The position numbers were made by a program, and so were the translations under genes. 64,000 nt of DNA from the NCBI GenBank assembly GCA_020025885.1, contig JAHHRJ010000003.1, positions 15,498-79,497 on the forward strand, read 5' to 3'. The notes beneath the pieces were generated by a model. The model saw only the letters and a program-made list of their open reading frames with translations. It had not been told where the DNA came from and searched no databases. Shown piece by piece: positions 39,246 through 54,403 of this stretch (positions within the stretch are counted from its first letter, which is position 1; every line of letters starts with the position of its first letter). Origin of the DNA: Butyricicoccus sp. GTDB taxonomy: Bacteria; Bacillota; Clostridia; Oscillospirales; Butyricicoccaceae.

Positions 39246-39872
39246 ATGGGTGATTGGTTTGGAGAAAACCTGACAGAAGAACAAAAAGTACGTTTTCGAA
39301 ACTGCTGGGTGCTGCTTGCGGAACAATCCCGAAAGCCTTGGCAAACATTTGTGCTAAGACCCTATTTATATGAGCAGTTTTTTGCATCAGATGCGCAGCA
39401 TAAGGCGGTCCCAATGATCTTGGATGTATTAACAATGTTGTCTGAGCATTTACCTGCTTTGATCCATTTCTATTGCAAGACGCCGACACATCCAGCTGCT
39501 CCAATGCTTGCGGCATGTGCGGAAAGTTTTGGACAGGTCGTGCGAGATCCACATAGCCCATCGTTTCTATTGGCACCAGGGGGAGAGCTGCCAACAGAAC
39601 TGCTCAGCGCGCTTTTGTTTGATCCAGACAGTGCATTTCATGTGATGTGCTACATTCCGCAGCGTTTCTTACTGGAGAAAGCGTCTGCAATACCGTACAG
39701 TGGCTGCTTGTGGTACTTGGAACATGGTATGGGGCGGATGCGTCTGGATTATTTATCTGGTCGTCCAATGCTGGAAATTCAAGCGGATCAGGTGCTCACA
39801 CCAGAATTTTTGATGGGGCGTATTACACCCATGGTGTGGCGGCACGGGTATCGCTTGGTATTATATAAATGA
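39246..39872 (+). CDS. Hypothetical protein
   Basis: GGAGG RBS, 208-aa ORF followed by a terminator; no motif recognised. Confidence 0.6.
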   Translation: MGDWFGENLTEEQKVRFRNCWVLLAEQSRKPWQTFVLRPYLYEQFFASDAQHKAVPMILDVLTMLSEHLPALIHFYCKTPTHPAAPMLAACAESFGQVVRDPHSPSFLLAPGGELPTELLSALLFDPDSAFHVMCYIPQRFLLEKASAIPYSGCLWYLEHGMGRMRLDYLSGRPMLEIQADQVLTPEFLMGRITPMVWRHGYRLVLYK

Positions 39873-39875
39873 CCT

Positions 39876-39906
39876 AAAAGGCTGTTGATGATTTCAACAG
39901 CCTTTT
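39876..39906. terminator. Bidirectional terminator
   Basis: AAAAGGCTGTTGA-loop-TCAACAGCCTTTT. Confidence 0.8.
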
Positions 39907-39920
39907 GTGTTTAGCAGCAG

Positions 39921-40068
39921 AGCGACCTTAAATTTTCAAAATCCAAGGACATGCGCCTTGGATTTTGCCCGTGACCTGCGCAAACGTGCGCCTTAGCGGA
40001 ATGGATTTGCGCTGTATCTAGGAGAACTGGGTTCCGATGGAAAGCCTGTCAAGGTTTTTGATAGCCTC
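39921..40068 (-). mobile_element. MITE family A, degenerate copy 4
   Basis: AGCGACCTTAAATTTTCAAAATCCAAGGACATGCGCCTTGGATTTTGCCC...CTGTATCTAGG...ACTGGGTTCC...ATAGCCTC matches 58535-58704 with indels. Confidence 0.8.
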
Positions 40069-40070
40069 AC

Positions 40071-41210
40071 TTAGTTGTGGTATGCTTTTTTTACTAGCTT
40101 AGACATGACGCTGTCATAGCGTACATTGTTGCGCACGAGAACATCATCTGCGGCAAATTTGCGCTTTTGCACCATTTGCAGGCGGAAGCCGTTTTCACGG
40201 ACATTGATATAGGTGCTTTCGTTGTATGCGCCATATGGGTAGGCAAAGAACAAGGTTTTTGGCTCTAAGAGTGTGTGCAAAGCGGTGTATGCACGGTGGA
40301 GTTCCTTGTTTAATTCTTCGTGGCTCACTGTTGTGCAGTCGATGTGATCAATGTTATGTGCATATACCTTGACATAGCCGCTTTGCTCCATTTTGCGTGC
40401 CTGTTCTGCGTTAAAGAAAGTGGGCGTGCCGCGCTCCAGTTCTCGGACAACGGAGAAAATAGATGCGGGTGCTTTTTCTTCCACAAAAACGGGATAAGCA
40501 AGCAGGAAATTGTCTAAATACCCATCGTCAATGGTGATGATAAAGTATTTTTTGCCTTTTTCTGCCTTGCCGTGGAAGTAATCTTCCAGAGAAATGCAGG
40601 TGTATCCAAGTGCGCGCATGTTGCGAATATCACAGCGCAGCTTCCACGGGGAAGTGTAGAGCGTGGGGTTGGCTGCCAAAACCGCAGGATCATTGGTAAA
40701 GGCGTGGTACATATAAATAATGGTATTGTGATTTTTTTCAAAATAAGGAGAGGCTGGATCAATCTCGATGCGCTTTTGTGGACCGTTGTATATGGTGGAC
40801 CAGCCTAGTGCACGTCCGAGATCACGCAGGGAAAAATAGTTATAGCCCGAAATATTGTAGCCCTTGATGGCAGTTTGCTTGCCGTTGATATAGATAGTTT
40901 GCGAGGTGGGTTTTGCGGTTGTTTTTGGTGTGTTTACGGGAGGCTGCGTTTCAACAGAAGCATCATATGGCTGTCCTTCGTCAATGGAGATCGATGCTGT
41001 TTTGGGGTCATAGTACACCGAGCAGCCGGAAGATTTCGCAAAATCACGCGCACGAACATAATTGTTGTGGGCGATATTGTAGGCTGATAAGTCGGCTTTT
41101 TTGGAATAAATATAGATATCCTCGCTTGCGCGTACCGCATCGATTGCTGCGGCAGAAGAGGTCAAAAGAAAGGCGGTACAGGCAAAAATAAGTGGACGAA
41201 AGAGACGCAA
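40071..41210 (-). CDS. Secreted polysaccharide deacetylase with two N-terminal surface-protein repeats
   Basis: Signal peptide; AYNI..NNYVRARD and GYNI..YNYFSLRD repeats; YMYH, TIDDGY, FAYPYG. Confidence 0.85.
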   Translation of the reverse strand: MRLFRPLIFACTAFLLTSSAAAIDAVRASEDIYIYSKKADLSAYNIAHNNYVRARDFAKSSGCSVYYDPKTASISIDEGQPYDASVETQPPVNTPKTTAKPTSQTIYINGKQTAIKGYNISGYNYFSLRDLGRALGWSTIYNGPQKRIEIDPASPYFEKNHNTIIYMYHAFTNDPAVLAANPTLYTSPWKLRCDIRNMRALGYTCISLEDYFHGKAEKGKKYFIITIDDGYLDNFLLAYPVFVEEKAPASIFSVVRELERGTPTFFNAEQARKMEQSGYVKVYAHNIDHIDCTTVSHEELNKELHRAYTALHTLLEPKTLFFAYPYGAYNESTYINVRENGFRLQMVQKRKFAADDVLVRNNVRYDSVMSKLVKKAYHN

Positions 41211-41290
41211 AATGGGGTTCCTCCTTAAGAATGCAATAAAAAAGACGGTTCCCGAAGGAAAACCGTCTTATATTTTTGTCTAAAATGCAC

Positions 41291-41320
41291 TTGACTATGC
41301 GATGAAAAATATGGTATAAT
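41291..41320 (+). promoter_or_regulatory. Sigma-A promoter of rpoBC
   Basis: TTGACT-18 nt-TATAAT with extended TG. Confidence 0.7.
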
Positions 41321-41475
41321 AAATCGCTTATCGAAACTGGGGGGCACTTTCCCAATTCGCTGTTTTAATAATAACATGCTTTTTCGACGAGCGCAATAGG
41401 TACTTGAAATTTTTAACCACGCCTCCGGGCGTATTGAAATTCTCGGAAATTCAGAAACGGAGTGATGGGTTCAAC

Positions 41476-44400
41476 ATGATGGTGAAAGACGTACAGCACG
41501 GCAAGACCACAAGAAAGAGCTTTGCGCGCATTGAGGAGATCCTCGAGATGCCAAACCTGATCGAGATCCAGAAGAAATCCTACGAGTGGTTTCTCGAAAC
41601 AGGTCTGCGTGAGGTTTTTGAAGATGTCTCTGCAATTACAGACTACACCGGCAACCTTGAGCTGACCTTCCTCGACTATGCACTGGACGAGCCGAAGTAT
41701 AGCATTGAGGAATGCAAGGCGCGCGATGCAACGTTTGCCTGCCCGCTGAAGGTGCGCGTACGCCTGCGCAACAAGGAAACCGGCGAGATCAAAGAACAGG
41801 AAATTTTCATGGGCGAATTCCCGCGCATGACACAGTCTGGTACTTTTATCTTTAACGGCGCCGAGCGCGCCATTGTATCGCAGATTGTTCGTTCTCCGGG
41901 CGTATACTACGGCCGCGAGCTGGACAAGACCGACAAGGCAATCCTGTCTGCGACAGTTATCCCATATCGCGGCGCATGGCTCGAATACGAAACCGACATG
42001 AACGATGTGTTCTATGTCCGCATTGATAAAAACCGTAAGATCCCGATTACCTCACTCGTTCGTGCACTGGGCGTTAAGACTGATGCTGAGATCATCGAGC
42101 TGTTCGGTGAGGATGAGCGCATTCTGGCAACCTTGGAGCGTGATCCGTCCAAGACTGCAGAAGAAGCACTGATCGAAATTTATAAGAAGATGCGTCCGGG
42201 CGAGCCGCCATCTGTTGAGTCTGCGACAAGCCTGATGGATGCAATGTTCTTTGACACCCGCCGCTATGATATTTCTGCGGTTGGTCGCTATAAGTACAAC
42301 AAGAAGCTGAATATCGCACGCCGTTTGGCAAACCGCAAGCTGCTCGCTCCGGTTACTGACCCGATGACTGGCGAGATTCTAGCAGAAAACGGCACCATCC
42401 TGAGCCGCCAAGAAGCACGCCACATTGCGTCCCGTGGTGTCAATGCCGTTCAGGTCGAGTCCAACGAGGGCAAGCTCGTTAAGGTATTCGGCAACGGTAT
42501 GGTTGATGTAGATGACTTCAAGGATTACCTCGGCGGTATGGGTGCGGAAGATCTCGGCATCAAGGAAAAGGTTCGCTTTACCGTTCTGAAGGAGATCATC
42601 GACAGCGGTGTAACTGGTGATGCACTCAAGAAGACCGTAACAGAGCGCATTCATGACCTCATCCCGAAGACCATTATCGTAGACGATATTCTGGCAACCA
42701 TTTGCTATCTGCTCAACATTGGCAATGGTGTTGGCGTAACCGACGATATCGACCACTTGGGCAACCGTCGTCTGCGCTGTGTAGGTGAGCTGCTCCAGAA
42801 TCAGGTTCGCATTGGCTTCTCCCGTATGGAGCGCGTCATCCGTGAGCGCATGACCATTCAGGATCTGGACACTGTGACCCCACAGTCTCTCATTAACATT
42901 CGTCCTGTGACTGCTGCAATCAAGGAGTTTTTTGGCTCATCGCCGCTGTCTCAGTTCATGGATCAGAACAATCCGCTGGCAGAGCTGACACATAAGCGTC
43001 GTCTGTCCGCACTGGGACCGGGCGGTCTGTCCCGTGACCGTGCATCGATGGAAGTGCGTGACGTGCATTACAGCCACTATGGTCGTATGTGCCCGATCGA
43101 GACCCCTGAAGGTCCAAACATCGGTCTGATCTCTTACCTTGCAACCTATGCACGCATCAATGATTTTGGATTCATTGAAGCTCCATATCGTATAATTGAT
43201 AAGGAAACCGGTCGCGTAACTGACGAAGTTCGCTATATGACCGCGGACGTTGAGGATGAGTTCATTGTTTGTCAGGCATATGAGCCGCTCGACGAGAATG
43301 GCTGCCTCAAGCATGAGCGTATCACCTGCCGTATGCGCGATGAAATCATCGAAGTAGACCGCAAGGATGTTGACCTCATGGACGTATCTCCGCGTATGAT
43401 GGTTTCCGTTGCAACTGCATTTATTCCATTCCTTGAGCACGATGACGCGAACCGTGCACTGATGGGCGCGAACATGCAGCGTCAGGCTGTGCCGCTGCTC
43501 AAGACTGAGGCTCCGGTTGTTGCAACTGGTATGGAATACAAGGCAGCAGTTGACTCTGGTATCATTCCACTGGCTGAGACTGACGGCGTAGTAACTCGCT
43601 CAACTGCACGTGAGATTTCTGTTCGGTATGACAATGGCGAAGAAAAGTCCTACCACCTGACCAAATTCCTGCGTTCTAACCAGTCCACCTGTATCAACAT
43701 GCGTCCGATTGTAAATCTGGGCGAGCGCGTGAAGAAGGGTGACGTTCTGGCAGATGGACCGTCTACCGATAAGGGTGAGATTGCACTCGGCAAGAATGCG
43801 CTGATCGGCTTTATGACCTGGGAAGGTTACAACTATGAGGACGCAGTTCTGCTCAACGAGCGTCTGGTACGTGACGACGTTTACACCTCCATTCATATCG
43901 AGGAGTATGAGTCCGAAGCACGTGACACCAAGCTCGGACCGGAAGAGATTACCCGCGATGTACCAAACGTTGGTGACGACGCACTGCGTGATCTTGACGA
44001 GCGCGGCATCATTCGTGTTGGTGCAGAAGTACACGCTGGCGATATCCTCGTTGGTAAGGTAACACCAAAGGGTGAGACCGAGCTGACTGCAGAAGAGCGC
44101 CTGCTGCGTGCAATCTTCGGCGAGAAGGCAAGAGAAGTGCGTGACACCTCTCTGCGTGCACCACATGGTGAGTCTGGTATCGTCGTCGATGTTAAGGTAT
44201 TTACCCGTGAGAATGGCGACGAGCTGGCTCCGGGTGTCAATATGGTTGTTCGCTGCTACATTGCGCAGAAGCGTAAGATCTCTGTCGGAGACAAGATGGC
44301 AGGTCGTCATGGTAACAAGGGTGTTATCTCGCGTATTCTGCCGCAGGAAGATATGCCGTTCCTTGAAGACGGCACACCGCTCGATATCGTACTGAACCCA

Positions 44401-45210
44401 CTGGGCGTACCGTCTCGTATGAACATCGGTCAGGTACTTGAGGTGCACCTGGGCTTTGCAGCGAAGAAGCTGGGCTGGAAGGTTGAGACCCCAGTATTCG
44501 ACAGTGCATCCCAAAAGGATATCGAGGATATGCTGGTGAAGGCTGGCTATGATGCAGACGGCAAGAGCTGGCTGTATGACGGCAGAACCGGTGAGCGTTT
44601 TGATAACCGCGTTACCGTTGGCTATATGTATTACCTCAAGCTGCACCATCTGGTTGATGATAAGATTCATGCACGTTCCACTGGTCCTTACTCGCTGGTT
44701 ACCCAGCAGCCTTTGGGTGGTAAGGCGCAGTTCGGTGGTCAGCGTTTCGGTGAGATGGAAGTTTGGGCGCTGGAAGCATACGGCGCAGCATACACCCTTC
44801 AGGAGATTCTGACCGTTAAGTCGGATGATATCACCGGACGTGTTAAGACTTACGAAGCGATCGTTAAGGGTCACAATGTACCGCAGCCGGGTGTTCCGGA
44901 GTCCTTCAAGGTGCTGGTTAAGGAATTGCAGTCCCTGTGCCTCGATATCAAGGTGCTGGATGAAAACATGGAAGTCATCGAACTGTCTGAGGACGAAGAA
45001 GAAGAGACAGATTTCAATAACCGTGCAATGCCGGAAGAAACCGCTTCTGGCACTGATGCAGAGTTTGCAGAAGCTGGATTCGGCATCAATGACGCGGAGG
45101 ATGGAGATACCGATCTGGGTGCTTTTGACAGCGCAGCAGAAGAAGCTGGCATAGAGGACGATGACTTCGCTGATGAAGACAATTACGGCGACGGTGATTT
45201 TGACGAATAA
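41476..45210 (+). CDS. rpoB: RNA polymerase beta subunit
   Basis: [40 protein letters not shown]. Confidence 0.99.
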   Translation: MMVKDVQHGKTTRKSFARIEEILEMPNLIEIQKKSYEWFLETGLREVFEDVSAITDYTGNLELTFLDYALDEPKYSIEECKARDATFACPLKVRVRLRNKETGEIKEQEIFMGEFPRMTQSGTFIFNGAERAIVSQIVRSPGVYYGRELDKTDKAILSATVIPYRGAWLEYETDMNDVFYVRIDKNRKIPITSLVRALGVKTDAEIIELFGEDERILATLERDPSKTAEEALIEIYKKMRPGEPPSVESATSLMDAMFFDTRRYDISAVGRYKYNKKLNIARRLANRKLLAPVTDPMTGEILAENGTILSRQEARHIASRGVNAVQVESNEGKLVKVFGNGMVDVDDFKDYLGGMGAEDLGIKEKVRFTVLKEIIDSGVTGDALKKTVTERIHDLIPKTIIVDDILATICYLLNIGNGVGVTDDIDHLGNRRLRCVGELLQNQVRIGFSRMERVIRERMTIQDLDTVTPQSLINIRPVTAAIKEFFGSSPLSQFMDQNNPLAELTHKRRLSALGPGGLSRDRASMEVRDVHYSHYGRMCPIETPEGPNIGLISYLATYARINDFGFIEAPYRIIDKETGRVTDEVRYMTADVEDEFIVCQAYEPLDENGCLKHERITCRMRDEIIEVDRKDVDLMDVSPRMMVSVATAFIPFLEHDDANRALMGANMQRQAVPLLKTEAPVVATGMEYKAAVDSGIIPLAETDGVVTRSTAREISVRYDNGEEKSYHLTKFLRSNQSTCINMRPIVNLGERVKKGDVLADGPSTDKGEIALGKNALIGFMTWEGYNYEDAVLLNERLVRDDVYTSIHIEEYESEARDTKLGPEEITRDVPNVGDDALRDLDERGIIRVGAEVHAGDILVGKVTPKGETELTAEERLLRAIFGEKAREVRDTSLRAPHGESGIVVDVKVFTRENGDELAPGVNMVVRCYIAQKRKISVGDKMAGRHGNKGVISRILPQEDMPFLEDGTPLDIVLNPLGVPSRMNIGQVLEVHLGFAAKKLGWKVETPVFDSASQKDIEDMLVKAGYDADGKSWLYDGRTGERFDNRVTVGYMYYLKLHHLVDDKIHARSTGPYSLVTQQPLGGKAQFGGQRFGEMEVWALEAYGAAYTLQEILTVKSDDITGRVKTYEAIVKGHNVPQPGVPESFKVLVKELQSLCLDIKVLDENMEVIELSEDEEEETDFNNRAMPEETASGTDAEFAEAGFGINDAEDGDTDLGAFDSAAEEAGIEDDDFADEDNYGDGDFDE

Positions 45211-45238
45211 CGCGGATACAGGAGGAGCTTTCTAAATT

Positions 45239-48766
<3,528 letters not shown>

Positions 48767-48779
48767 GTAAATGCATTTT

Positions 48780-48811
48780 CTAGGGGGCACATTGATGTGC
48801 TCCCTAGTTTT
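48780..48811 (+). terminator. Terminator after rpoC
   Basis: CTAGGGGGCAC-ATTGAT-GTGCTCCCTAG-TTTT. Confidence 0.8.
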
Positions 48812-48813
48812 AC

Positions 48814-48858
48814 CAAAAGTGCCTTATATCGCCTGCCTTTAGACATGGGGAGTGTCAA
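48814..48858 (+). mobile_element. 45-nt IS200/IS605 solo-hairpin remnant (left end fused to right end)
   Basis: TTAC|CAAAAGTGCCTTATATCGCCTGCCTTTAGACATGGGGAGTGTCAA; the 3' part is nearly identical to 16971-16997. Confidence 0.72.
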
Positions 48859-49005
48859 TTTATGCGGTTTTCCATGTTTTTGGTCAGTTTCCCAGATAAA
48901 ATAGGTTTGGTACGTCTATCAACAGAATAAAAAGGGAAAAATAGACAGGCAAAGGTGCTATATCTAAAAAAATCTTGTAAAAAAGAGGAAATTGCGAAAA
49001 AAGAC

Positions 49006-49034
49006 TTGACCATGACAGGAAAGCACGCTATAAT
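49006..49034 (+). promoter_or_regulatory. Sigma-A promoter of the L7Ae-rpsL-rpsG-fusA-tuf operon
   Basis: TTGACC-17 nt-TATAAT. Confidence 0.75.
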
Positions 49035-49064
49035 ATAGGAGTATGCGGTATAGGAGGTTACAAT

Positions 49065-49316
49065 ATGCTTTCTGAATTATCGCAGGCGGCAAAAGTCGTC
49101 GGCGTAAAACAGTCTCAAAAAGCCATTCGCGAAGGGAAAGCAAAAGTGGTTTTTGTGGCTGATGATGCCGAACAGCGTGTAATTCGCCCCATTCGGGAAC
49201 TGTGTGACGAAATGCAAGTCCCGCTTTCTGAGATCCCAACCATGACGGAGCTTGGAGATGCGGCTGGCATCGATGTTGGCGCAGCTGTTGTTACATTGCT
49301 ACATTCTGCTAATTAA
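49065..49316 (+). CDS. L7Ae/L30e-family RNA-binding protein (YbxF-like)
   Basis: VVGVKQSQKAI, VFVADDA, ELGDAAGIDVGAA; directly upstream of rpsL. Confidence 0.9.
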   Translation: MLSELSQAAKVVGVKQSQKAIREGKAKVVFVADDAEQRVIRPIRELCDEMQVPLSEIPTMTELGDAAGIDVGAAVVTLLHSAN

Positions 49317-49369
49317 ATGGGGCAACCTGTTTAATATAGAAAATATTTTTGAAAGAAGGAGGAAATAGA

Positions 49370-49789
49370 ATGCCTACTTTTAACCAGCTCGTTCGTAAGG
49401 GACGTGAGACAGTTGTTGCAAAGTCTACCGCTCCTGCTCTTCAGGTTGGTCTGAACTCTCTTAAGAAGAAGACCACTGAGCAGTCTGCTCCGCAGAAGCG
49501 CGGTGTTTGCACTACTGTTAAGACCATGACCCCTAAGAAGCCGAACTCTGCTCTGCGTAAGATTGCTCGTGTAAAGCTGACAAACGGTATGGAGGTGTCT
49601 GCCTACATTCCTGGTATTGGTCACAACTTGCAGGAGCACTCTGTTGTAATGGTTCGCGGCGGTCGTGTAAAGGACCTGCCAGGTGTACGTTACCACATCA
49701 TCCGTGGCGTTCTGGATACCCAGGGCGTTGCAAACCGCAAGCAGTCTCGCTCTAAGTACGGTGCAAAGCGCCCGAAGGCTGGCAAGTAA
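49370..49789 (+). CDS. rpsL: 30S ribosomal protein S12
   Basis: [32 protein letters not shown]. Confidence 0.99.
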   Translation: MPTFNQLVRKGRETVVAKSTAPALQVGLNSLKKKTTEQSAPQKRGVCTTVKTMTPKKPNSALRKIARVKLTNGMEVSAYIPGIGHNLQEHSVVMVRGGRVKDLPGVRYHIIRGVLDTQGVANRKQSRSKYGAKRPKAGK

Positions 49790-50050
49790 TCCGCATTTTC
49801 ATTTCCGTAGCCTGATAGATGATTGCGCGGTCCCATGCCGCGCCCTCGTCCTCGGTTTTACGAAAATCTGCCGGATTGTCTGCATCAAAGTCTTTGAGAG
49901 TTTACTGCTTCGCAAAGCAACCGTTCAGTCCATATTTCGGACTGACCCACCGCTTTGTCTTTCCTAAGCGAAAGGCAGGCGCAACACGGCACACGAACGC
50001 CGTGTGCTGAGTACCAATGAAATCATTTCTATATGAAGGAGGGAAGTAAA

Positions 50051-50521
50051 GTGCCAAGAAGAGGAAATGTTCCCAAGAGAGACGTTCTGCCCGATCCAAT
50101 GTACAATTCTAAGCTCGTTACTAAGCTGGTCAACTCGATCATGCTCGACGGTAAGAAGGGTGTCGCGCAGAAGGTCGTTTATGGTGCTTTTGACATCGTT
50201 CGCGACAAGACTGGTCGTGAGCCGCTGGAGGTTTTTACCGAGGCGATGGAAAATATTATGCCGTCTCTGGAGGTTAAGGCACGCCGTGTAGGTGGTGCTA
50301 CTTACCAGGTTCCGATGGAAGTTCGTCCGGAGCGTCGTCAGACTCTCGGTCTGCGCTGGATCACCAAGTATTCTCGTGCTCGTAGCGAGAAGACTATGCG
50401 TGAACGTCTGGCAGGCGAGATCATGGATGCTTGCAACAATCTGGGCGGCTCTGTCAAGAAGCGTGAAGATACGCACAAGATGGCAGAGGCGAACAAGGCA
50501 TTCGCTCACTACCGTTATTAA
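50051..50521 (+). CDS. rpsG: 30S ribosomal protein S7
   Basis: GTG start, [27 protein letters not shown]. Confidence 0.99.
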   Translation: MPRRGNVPKRDVLPDPMYNSKLVTKLVNSIMLDGKKGVAQKVVYGAFDIVRDKTGREPLEVFTEAMENIMPSLEVKARRVGGATYQVPMEVRPERRQTLGLRWITKYSRARSEKTMRERLAGEIMDACNNLGGSVKKREDTHKMAEANKAFAHYRY

Positions 50522-50551
50522 TTTACGGCAGTATTTGAAAGGAGAGCAAAC

Positions 50552-52636
50552 ATGCCTAGAGAGTTTTCGCTGGCTAAAACCAGAAATATCGGCATCATGG
50601 CACACATCGATGCTGGTAAAACAACTACGACCGAGCGTATTCTTTATTACACCGGCGTAAATTATAAGGTTGGCGATACCCATGATGGTACCGCTACCAT
50701 GGACTGGATGGAACAGGAGCAGGAGCGTGGTATCACCATTACCTCTGCTGCTACCACCTGTCAGTGGAAGGATCACCGTATCAACATCATCGACACCCCA
50801 GGTCACGTTGACTTCACTGTTGAGGTTCAGCGTTCCCTGCGCGTACTCGATGGTTCGGTGACCGTATTCTGTGCAAAAGGCGGTGTAGAGCCGCAGTCTG
50901 AGACCGTTTGGCATCAGGCTGACGACTACAAGGTTCCGCGTATGGCGTTCGTCAACAAGATGGACATCATGGGCGCTGACTTCTACAACGTTATTGACAT
51001 GATGAAGGACCGCCTCAAGTGTAATGCGGTTCCGATTCAGCTCCCGATCGGTAAGGAAGAGACCTTCAAGGGCATCGTCGATCTGATGACCATGCGTGCA
51101 GAGGTTTACTACGACGATATGGGCAAGGACATCCGTGATGAGGATATCCCGGCTGATATGATGGACAAGGCACAGGAATACCATGATGCAATGGTTGAGT
51201 CCATCTGTGAGCTCGATGAGGAACTCATGATGAAGTACCTCGAGGGCGAGGAGATTTCTGTTGAAGAGTTGAAGGCTGCTCTGCGTAAGGGCGTCTGCAA
51301 CGTGCAGATTATCCCGGTAATGTGTGGTACTGCGTACCGCATGAAGGGCGTACAGATGCTGCTTGACGCAGTTGTTGACTATATGCCTGCTCCGACTGAT
51401 GTTGCTGCAATCAAGGGTGTCAATCCGGACACCGACGAAGAGGATGAGCGTCCGTCTTCTGACGAGGCTCCGTTCTCCGCACTGGCATTTAAGATTATGA
51501 CTGATCCATATGTTGGTCGTCTGACTTTCTTCCGCGTTTATTCCGGTACTATCGCTGCTGGTTCTTCCGTTCTCAATGCAACTAAGGGACAGCGTGAGCG
51601 TCTGGGTCGTATCTTGCAGATGCATGCAAACTCTCGTAAGGACATCGATGTAGTTTACGCAGGTGATATCGCTGCTGGTGTTGGCTTTAAGAACACCACC
51701 ACTGGTGATACACTCTGTGATGAAAAGCATCCGATTATCCTTGAGTCCATGAACTTCCCGGAGCCTGTTATTCGTGTTGCAATCGAGCCGAAAACCAAGG
51801 CTGGTCAGGAGAAGATGGGCGTTGCACTGTCCAAGCTGGCTGAAGAAGATCCGACCTTCCGCACCTACACAGATGAGGAAACCGGTCAGACCATCATCGC
51901 TGGTATGGGTGAGCTGCATCTGGAGATCATCGTTGACCGTCTGCTTCGCGAATTTAAGGTGGAAGCAAATGTAGGTGAGCCTCAGGTTGCTTACAAGGAG
52001 ACCATCCGCCGTTCTGCTGATGTTGACATGAAGTATGCACGTCAGTCTGGTGGTAAGGGTCAGTATGGTCACGTTAAGATTATCGTTGAGCCAAACGAAT
52101 CCGGTAAGGGTTACGAGTTCATCAACAAGGTTGTTGGTGGCGCAATCCCGAAGGAATATATCGAGCCTGTTAATCAGGGTATTCAGGGTGCTATGCAGGC
52201 TGGCGTACTCGCTGGTTATCCGGTAGTTGACGTAAAGGTTACCCTTTATGATGGATCTTTCCATGAAGTCGACTCCTCTGAAATGGCGTTTAAGATCGCT
52301 GGTTCTATGGCGTTTAAGGAAGCAATGCGCAAGGCTGATCCAGTTCTGATGGAGCCGATCATGCAGGTTGACGTAATGGTTCCGGAAGACTATATGGGTG
52401 ACGTTATCGGCGGTCTGAATGCACGCCGTGGTCAGATTCAGGGTATGGAGCCGCGTGGCGGCGTGCAGGCAATCGGTGCTGCGGTACCGCTGTCTGAGAT
52501 GTTCGGTTATGCAACTGCACTGCGTTCCAGCACACAGGGGCGTGGTCAGTACACCATGTCTCCGAGCCACTACACCGAGGTTCCGAAGTCCGTACAGGAT
52601 AAAATTATCGACTCGCGCAATAAAAGCGACAACTAA
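50552..52636 (+). CDS. fusA: Elongation factor G
   Basis: [21 protein letters not shown]. Confidence 0.99.
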   Translation: MPREFSLAKTRNIGIMAHIDAGKTTTTERILYYTGVNYKVGDTHDGTATMDWMEQEQERGITITSAATTCQWKDHRINIIDTPGHVDFTVEVQRSLRVLDGSVTVFCAKGGVEPQSETVWHQADDYKVPRMAFVNKMDIMGADFYNVIDMMKDRLKCNAVPIQLPIGKEETFKGIVDLMTMRAEVYYDDMGKDIRDEDIPADMMDKAQEYHDAMVESICELDEELMMKYLEGEEISVEELKAALRKGVCNVQIIPVMCGTAYRMKGVQMLLDAVVDYMPAPTDVAAIKGVNPDTDEEDERPSSDEAPFSALAFKIMTDPYVGRLTFFRVYSGTIAAGSSVLNATKGQRERLGRILQMHANSRKDIDVVYAGDIAAGVGFKNTTTGDTLCDEKHPIILESMNFPEPVIRVAIEPKTKAGQEKMGVALSKLAEEDPTFRTYTDEETGQTIIAGMGELHLEIIVDRLLREFKVEANVGEPQVAYKETIRRSADVDMKYARQSGGKGQYGHVKIIVEPNESGKGYEFINKVVGGAIPKEYIEPVNQGIQGAMQAGVLAGYPVVDVKVTLYDGSFHEVDSSEMAFKIAGSMAFKEAMRKADPVLMEPIMQVDVMVPEDYMGDVIGGLNARRGQIQGMEPRGGVQAIGAAVPLSEMFGYATALRSSTQGRGQYTMSPSHYTEVPKSVQDKIIDSRNKSDN

Positions 52637-52746
52637 TAGTTGATTTTTTTGCGAAAGTATTTTAGAATAGTGTTATGAATTGACTTATTCTACTATGAGA
52701 CATTTCAAAAGGAATGTTTTCAAAAACACACAAGGAGGCTTCTCAA

Positions 52747-53949
52747 ATGGCTAAGGAAAAATTTGAACGTAATAAGCCGCATCTTAACATTGGTACTATC
52801 GGTCACGTTGACCATGGTAAGACCACTCTGACTGCGGCAATCACCAAGGTTCTGGCTCTGCAGGGCGATGCTGAGTTCCAGGCATATGACGCAATCGACA
52901 AGGCTCCAGAAGAGAAGGAGCGCGGCATCACCATCAACACCTCTCACGTTGAGTATCAGACTGAGAAGCGTCACTATGCGCACGTTGACTGCCCAGGTCA
53001 TGCTGACTACGTTAAAAACATGATTACTGGTGCTGCTCAGATGGACGGCGCAATCCTCGTTGTTTCTTCTGCTGACGGCCCGATGCCTCAGACTCGTGAG
53101 CACATCCTGCTTGCTCGTCAGGTAGGCGTTCCTTATATCGTTGTATTCATGAACAAGGTTGACCAGGTTGACGATCCTGAGCTGCTGGATCTGGTTGAGA
53201 TGGAAATCCGCGACCTGCTGTCCACTTACGACTTCCCGGGCGATGACACTCCGGTTATCCGTGGTTCCGCTCTGAACGTTCTGACTTGCGAGTCCAAGGA
53301 TCCGGCTGCTCCGGAGTACGCTTGTGTTCGTGAGCTGATGGATGCTGTTGACAGCTACATTCCGGATCCGACTCGTAACGATGAGCTGCCATTCCTGATG
53401 CCAGTCGAGGACGTATTCTCTATTACTGGTCGTGGTACTGTTGCTACTGGTCGTGTAGAGCGTGGCGTTCTGAAGCTGAGTGAAGAAGTCGAGATCGTTG
53501 GTCTGATGGAAGCTCCTCGCAAGACTGTTGTAACCGGTATCGAGATGTTCCGCAAGCTGCTGGACTACGCTGAGGCTGGTGACAACATCGGTGCTCTGCT
53601 CCGTGGTATTCAGAAGACTGATATCGAGCGTGGTCAGGTTCTGGCTAAGCCGGGTACCATTCATCCGCACACCAAGTTCAAGGGTCAGGTATACGTTCTG
53701 AAGAAGGAAGAGGGCGGTCGTCATACTCCTTTCTTCAACAACTACCGTCCTCAGTTCTACTTCCGTACAACTGACGTAACTGGCGTAATCGCTCTGCCGG
53801 AAGGCACTGAGATGTGCATGCCTGGCGATAACGTTGAGATGGACGTTGAGCTGATTACTCCTATCGCTATCGAAGAAGGTCTGCGTTTCGCTATCCGTGA
53901 GGGTGGTCGTACCGTAGGTTCTGGCGTTGTTGTAAAGGTTAACGAGTAA
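52747..53949 (+). CDS. tuf: Elongation factor Tu
   Basis: [29 protein letters not shown]. Confidence 0.99.
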   Translation: MAKEKFERNKPHLNIGTIGHVDHGKTTLTAAITKVLALQGDAEFQAYDAIDKAPEEKERGITINTSHVEYQTEKRHYAHVDCPGHADYVKNMITGAAQMDGAILVVSSADGPMPQTREHILLARQVGVPYIVVFMNKVDQVDDPELLDLVEMEIRDLLSTYDFPGDDTPVIRGSALNVLTCESKDPAAPEYACVRELMDAVDSYIPDPTRNDELPFLMPVEDVFSITGRGTVATGRVERGVLKLSEEVEIVGLMEAPRKTVVTGIEMFRKLLDYAEAGDNIGALLRGIQKTDIERGQVLAKPGTIHPHTKFKGQVYVLKKEEGGRHTPFFNNYRPQFYFRTTDVTGVIALPEGTEMCMPGDNVEMDVELITPIAIEEGLRFAIREGGRTVGSGVVVKVNE

Positions 53950-53963
53950 TTCGTAAGTTTTTC

Positions 53964-53994
53964 AAAGTCCCTGCCGAAAGGCAGGGGCTTTTTT
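53964..53994 (+). terminator. Terminator after tuf
   Basis: AAAGTCCCTGCC-GAAA-GGCAGGGGCTTTTTT. Confidence 0.88.
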
Positions 53995-54061
53995 GCGCTT
54001 GGAAAAGAAAGGACACACCCTTTATTTTGCAAACATAAGATACAAAAAGGAGGTGTGTCAA

Positions 54062-54403
54062 GTGGGATTTGCAGGACAATGTATCATTGGAACCCTTGCG
54101 GCGATCGGCTTTATTTGCATTTTGAAAATGGGGTATGATATAATCTTTAATAGTATGGTGTGCCCAAAAGGAAAAGCTGTGCTGTATCTCTATCCACCAA
54201 AAGAAGACATAGAGGCAAAACAGCTGCTTGAGCTTGCAATACTGGCACGCAGGACCTATTTACCAGGCATGAGAATCTATTGGGTTGATTCGGCAATGTC
54301 CGAACAGCCAATAGCAGATAGAGAGCAGAAAGGAAATCAAGAACGTGCAGGAAATACAAACGATTCAGGGGACGGTCACACAGATCGTATTTCAAAATAT
54401 TGA
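54062..54403 (+). CDS. Small hypothetical protein with N-terminal TM segment
   Basis: AGGAGGTG RBS, GTG start; 3' end overlaps recD2. Confidence 0.55.
   Translation: MGFAGQCIIGTLAAIGFICILKMGYDIIFNSMVCPKGKAVLYLYPPKEDIEAKQLLELAILARRTYLPGMRIYWVDSAMSEQPIADREQKGNQERAGNTNDSGDGHTDRISKY

Noticed and set aside
38888..39246. Short ORFs with MARNFRKAPQMTLC
   Set aside because: Translation of MITE-B, not genes
42925..43050. Rifampicin (rpoB) or streptomycin (rpsL) resistance alleles
   Set aside because: Key residues appear wild-type (Q, D, H, R, S of cluster I; both S12 lysines); GSSPLSQ is treated as a lineage variant
44980..45210. Long acidic C-terminal tail of RpoB
   Set aside because: Acidic tails are common in clostridial RpoB; not considered novel
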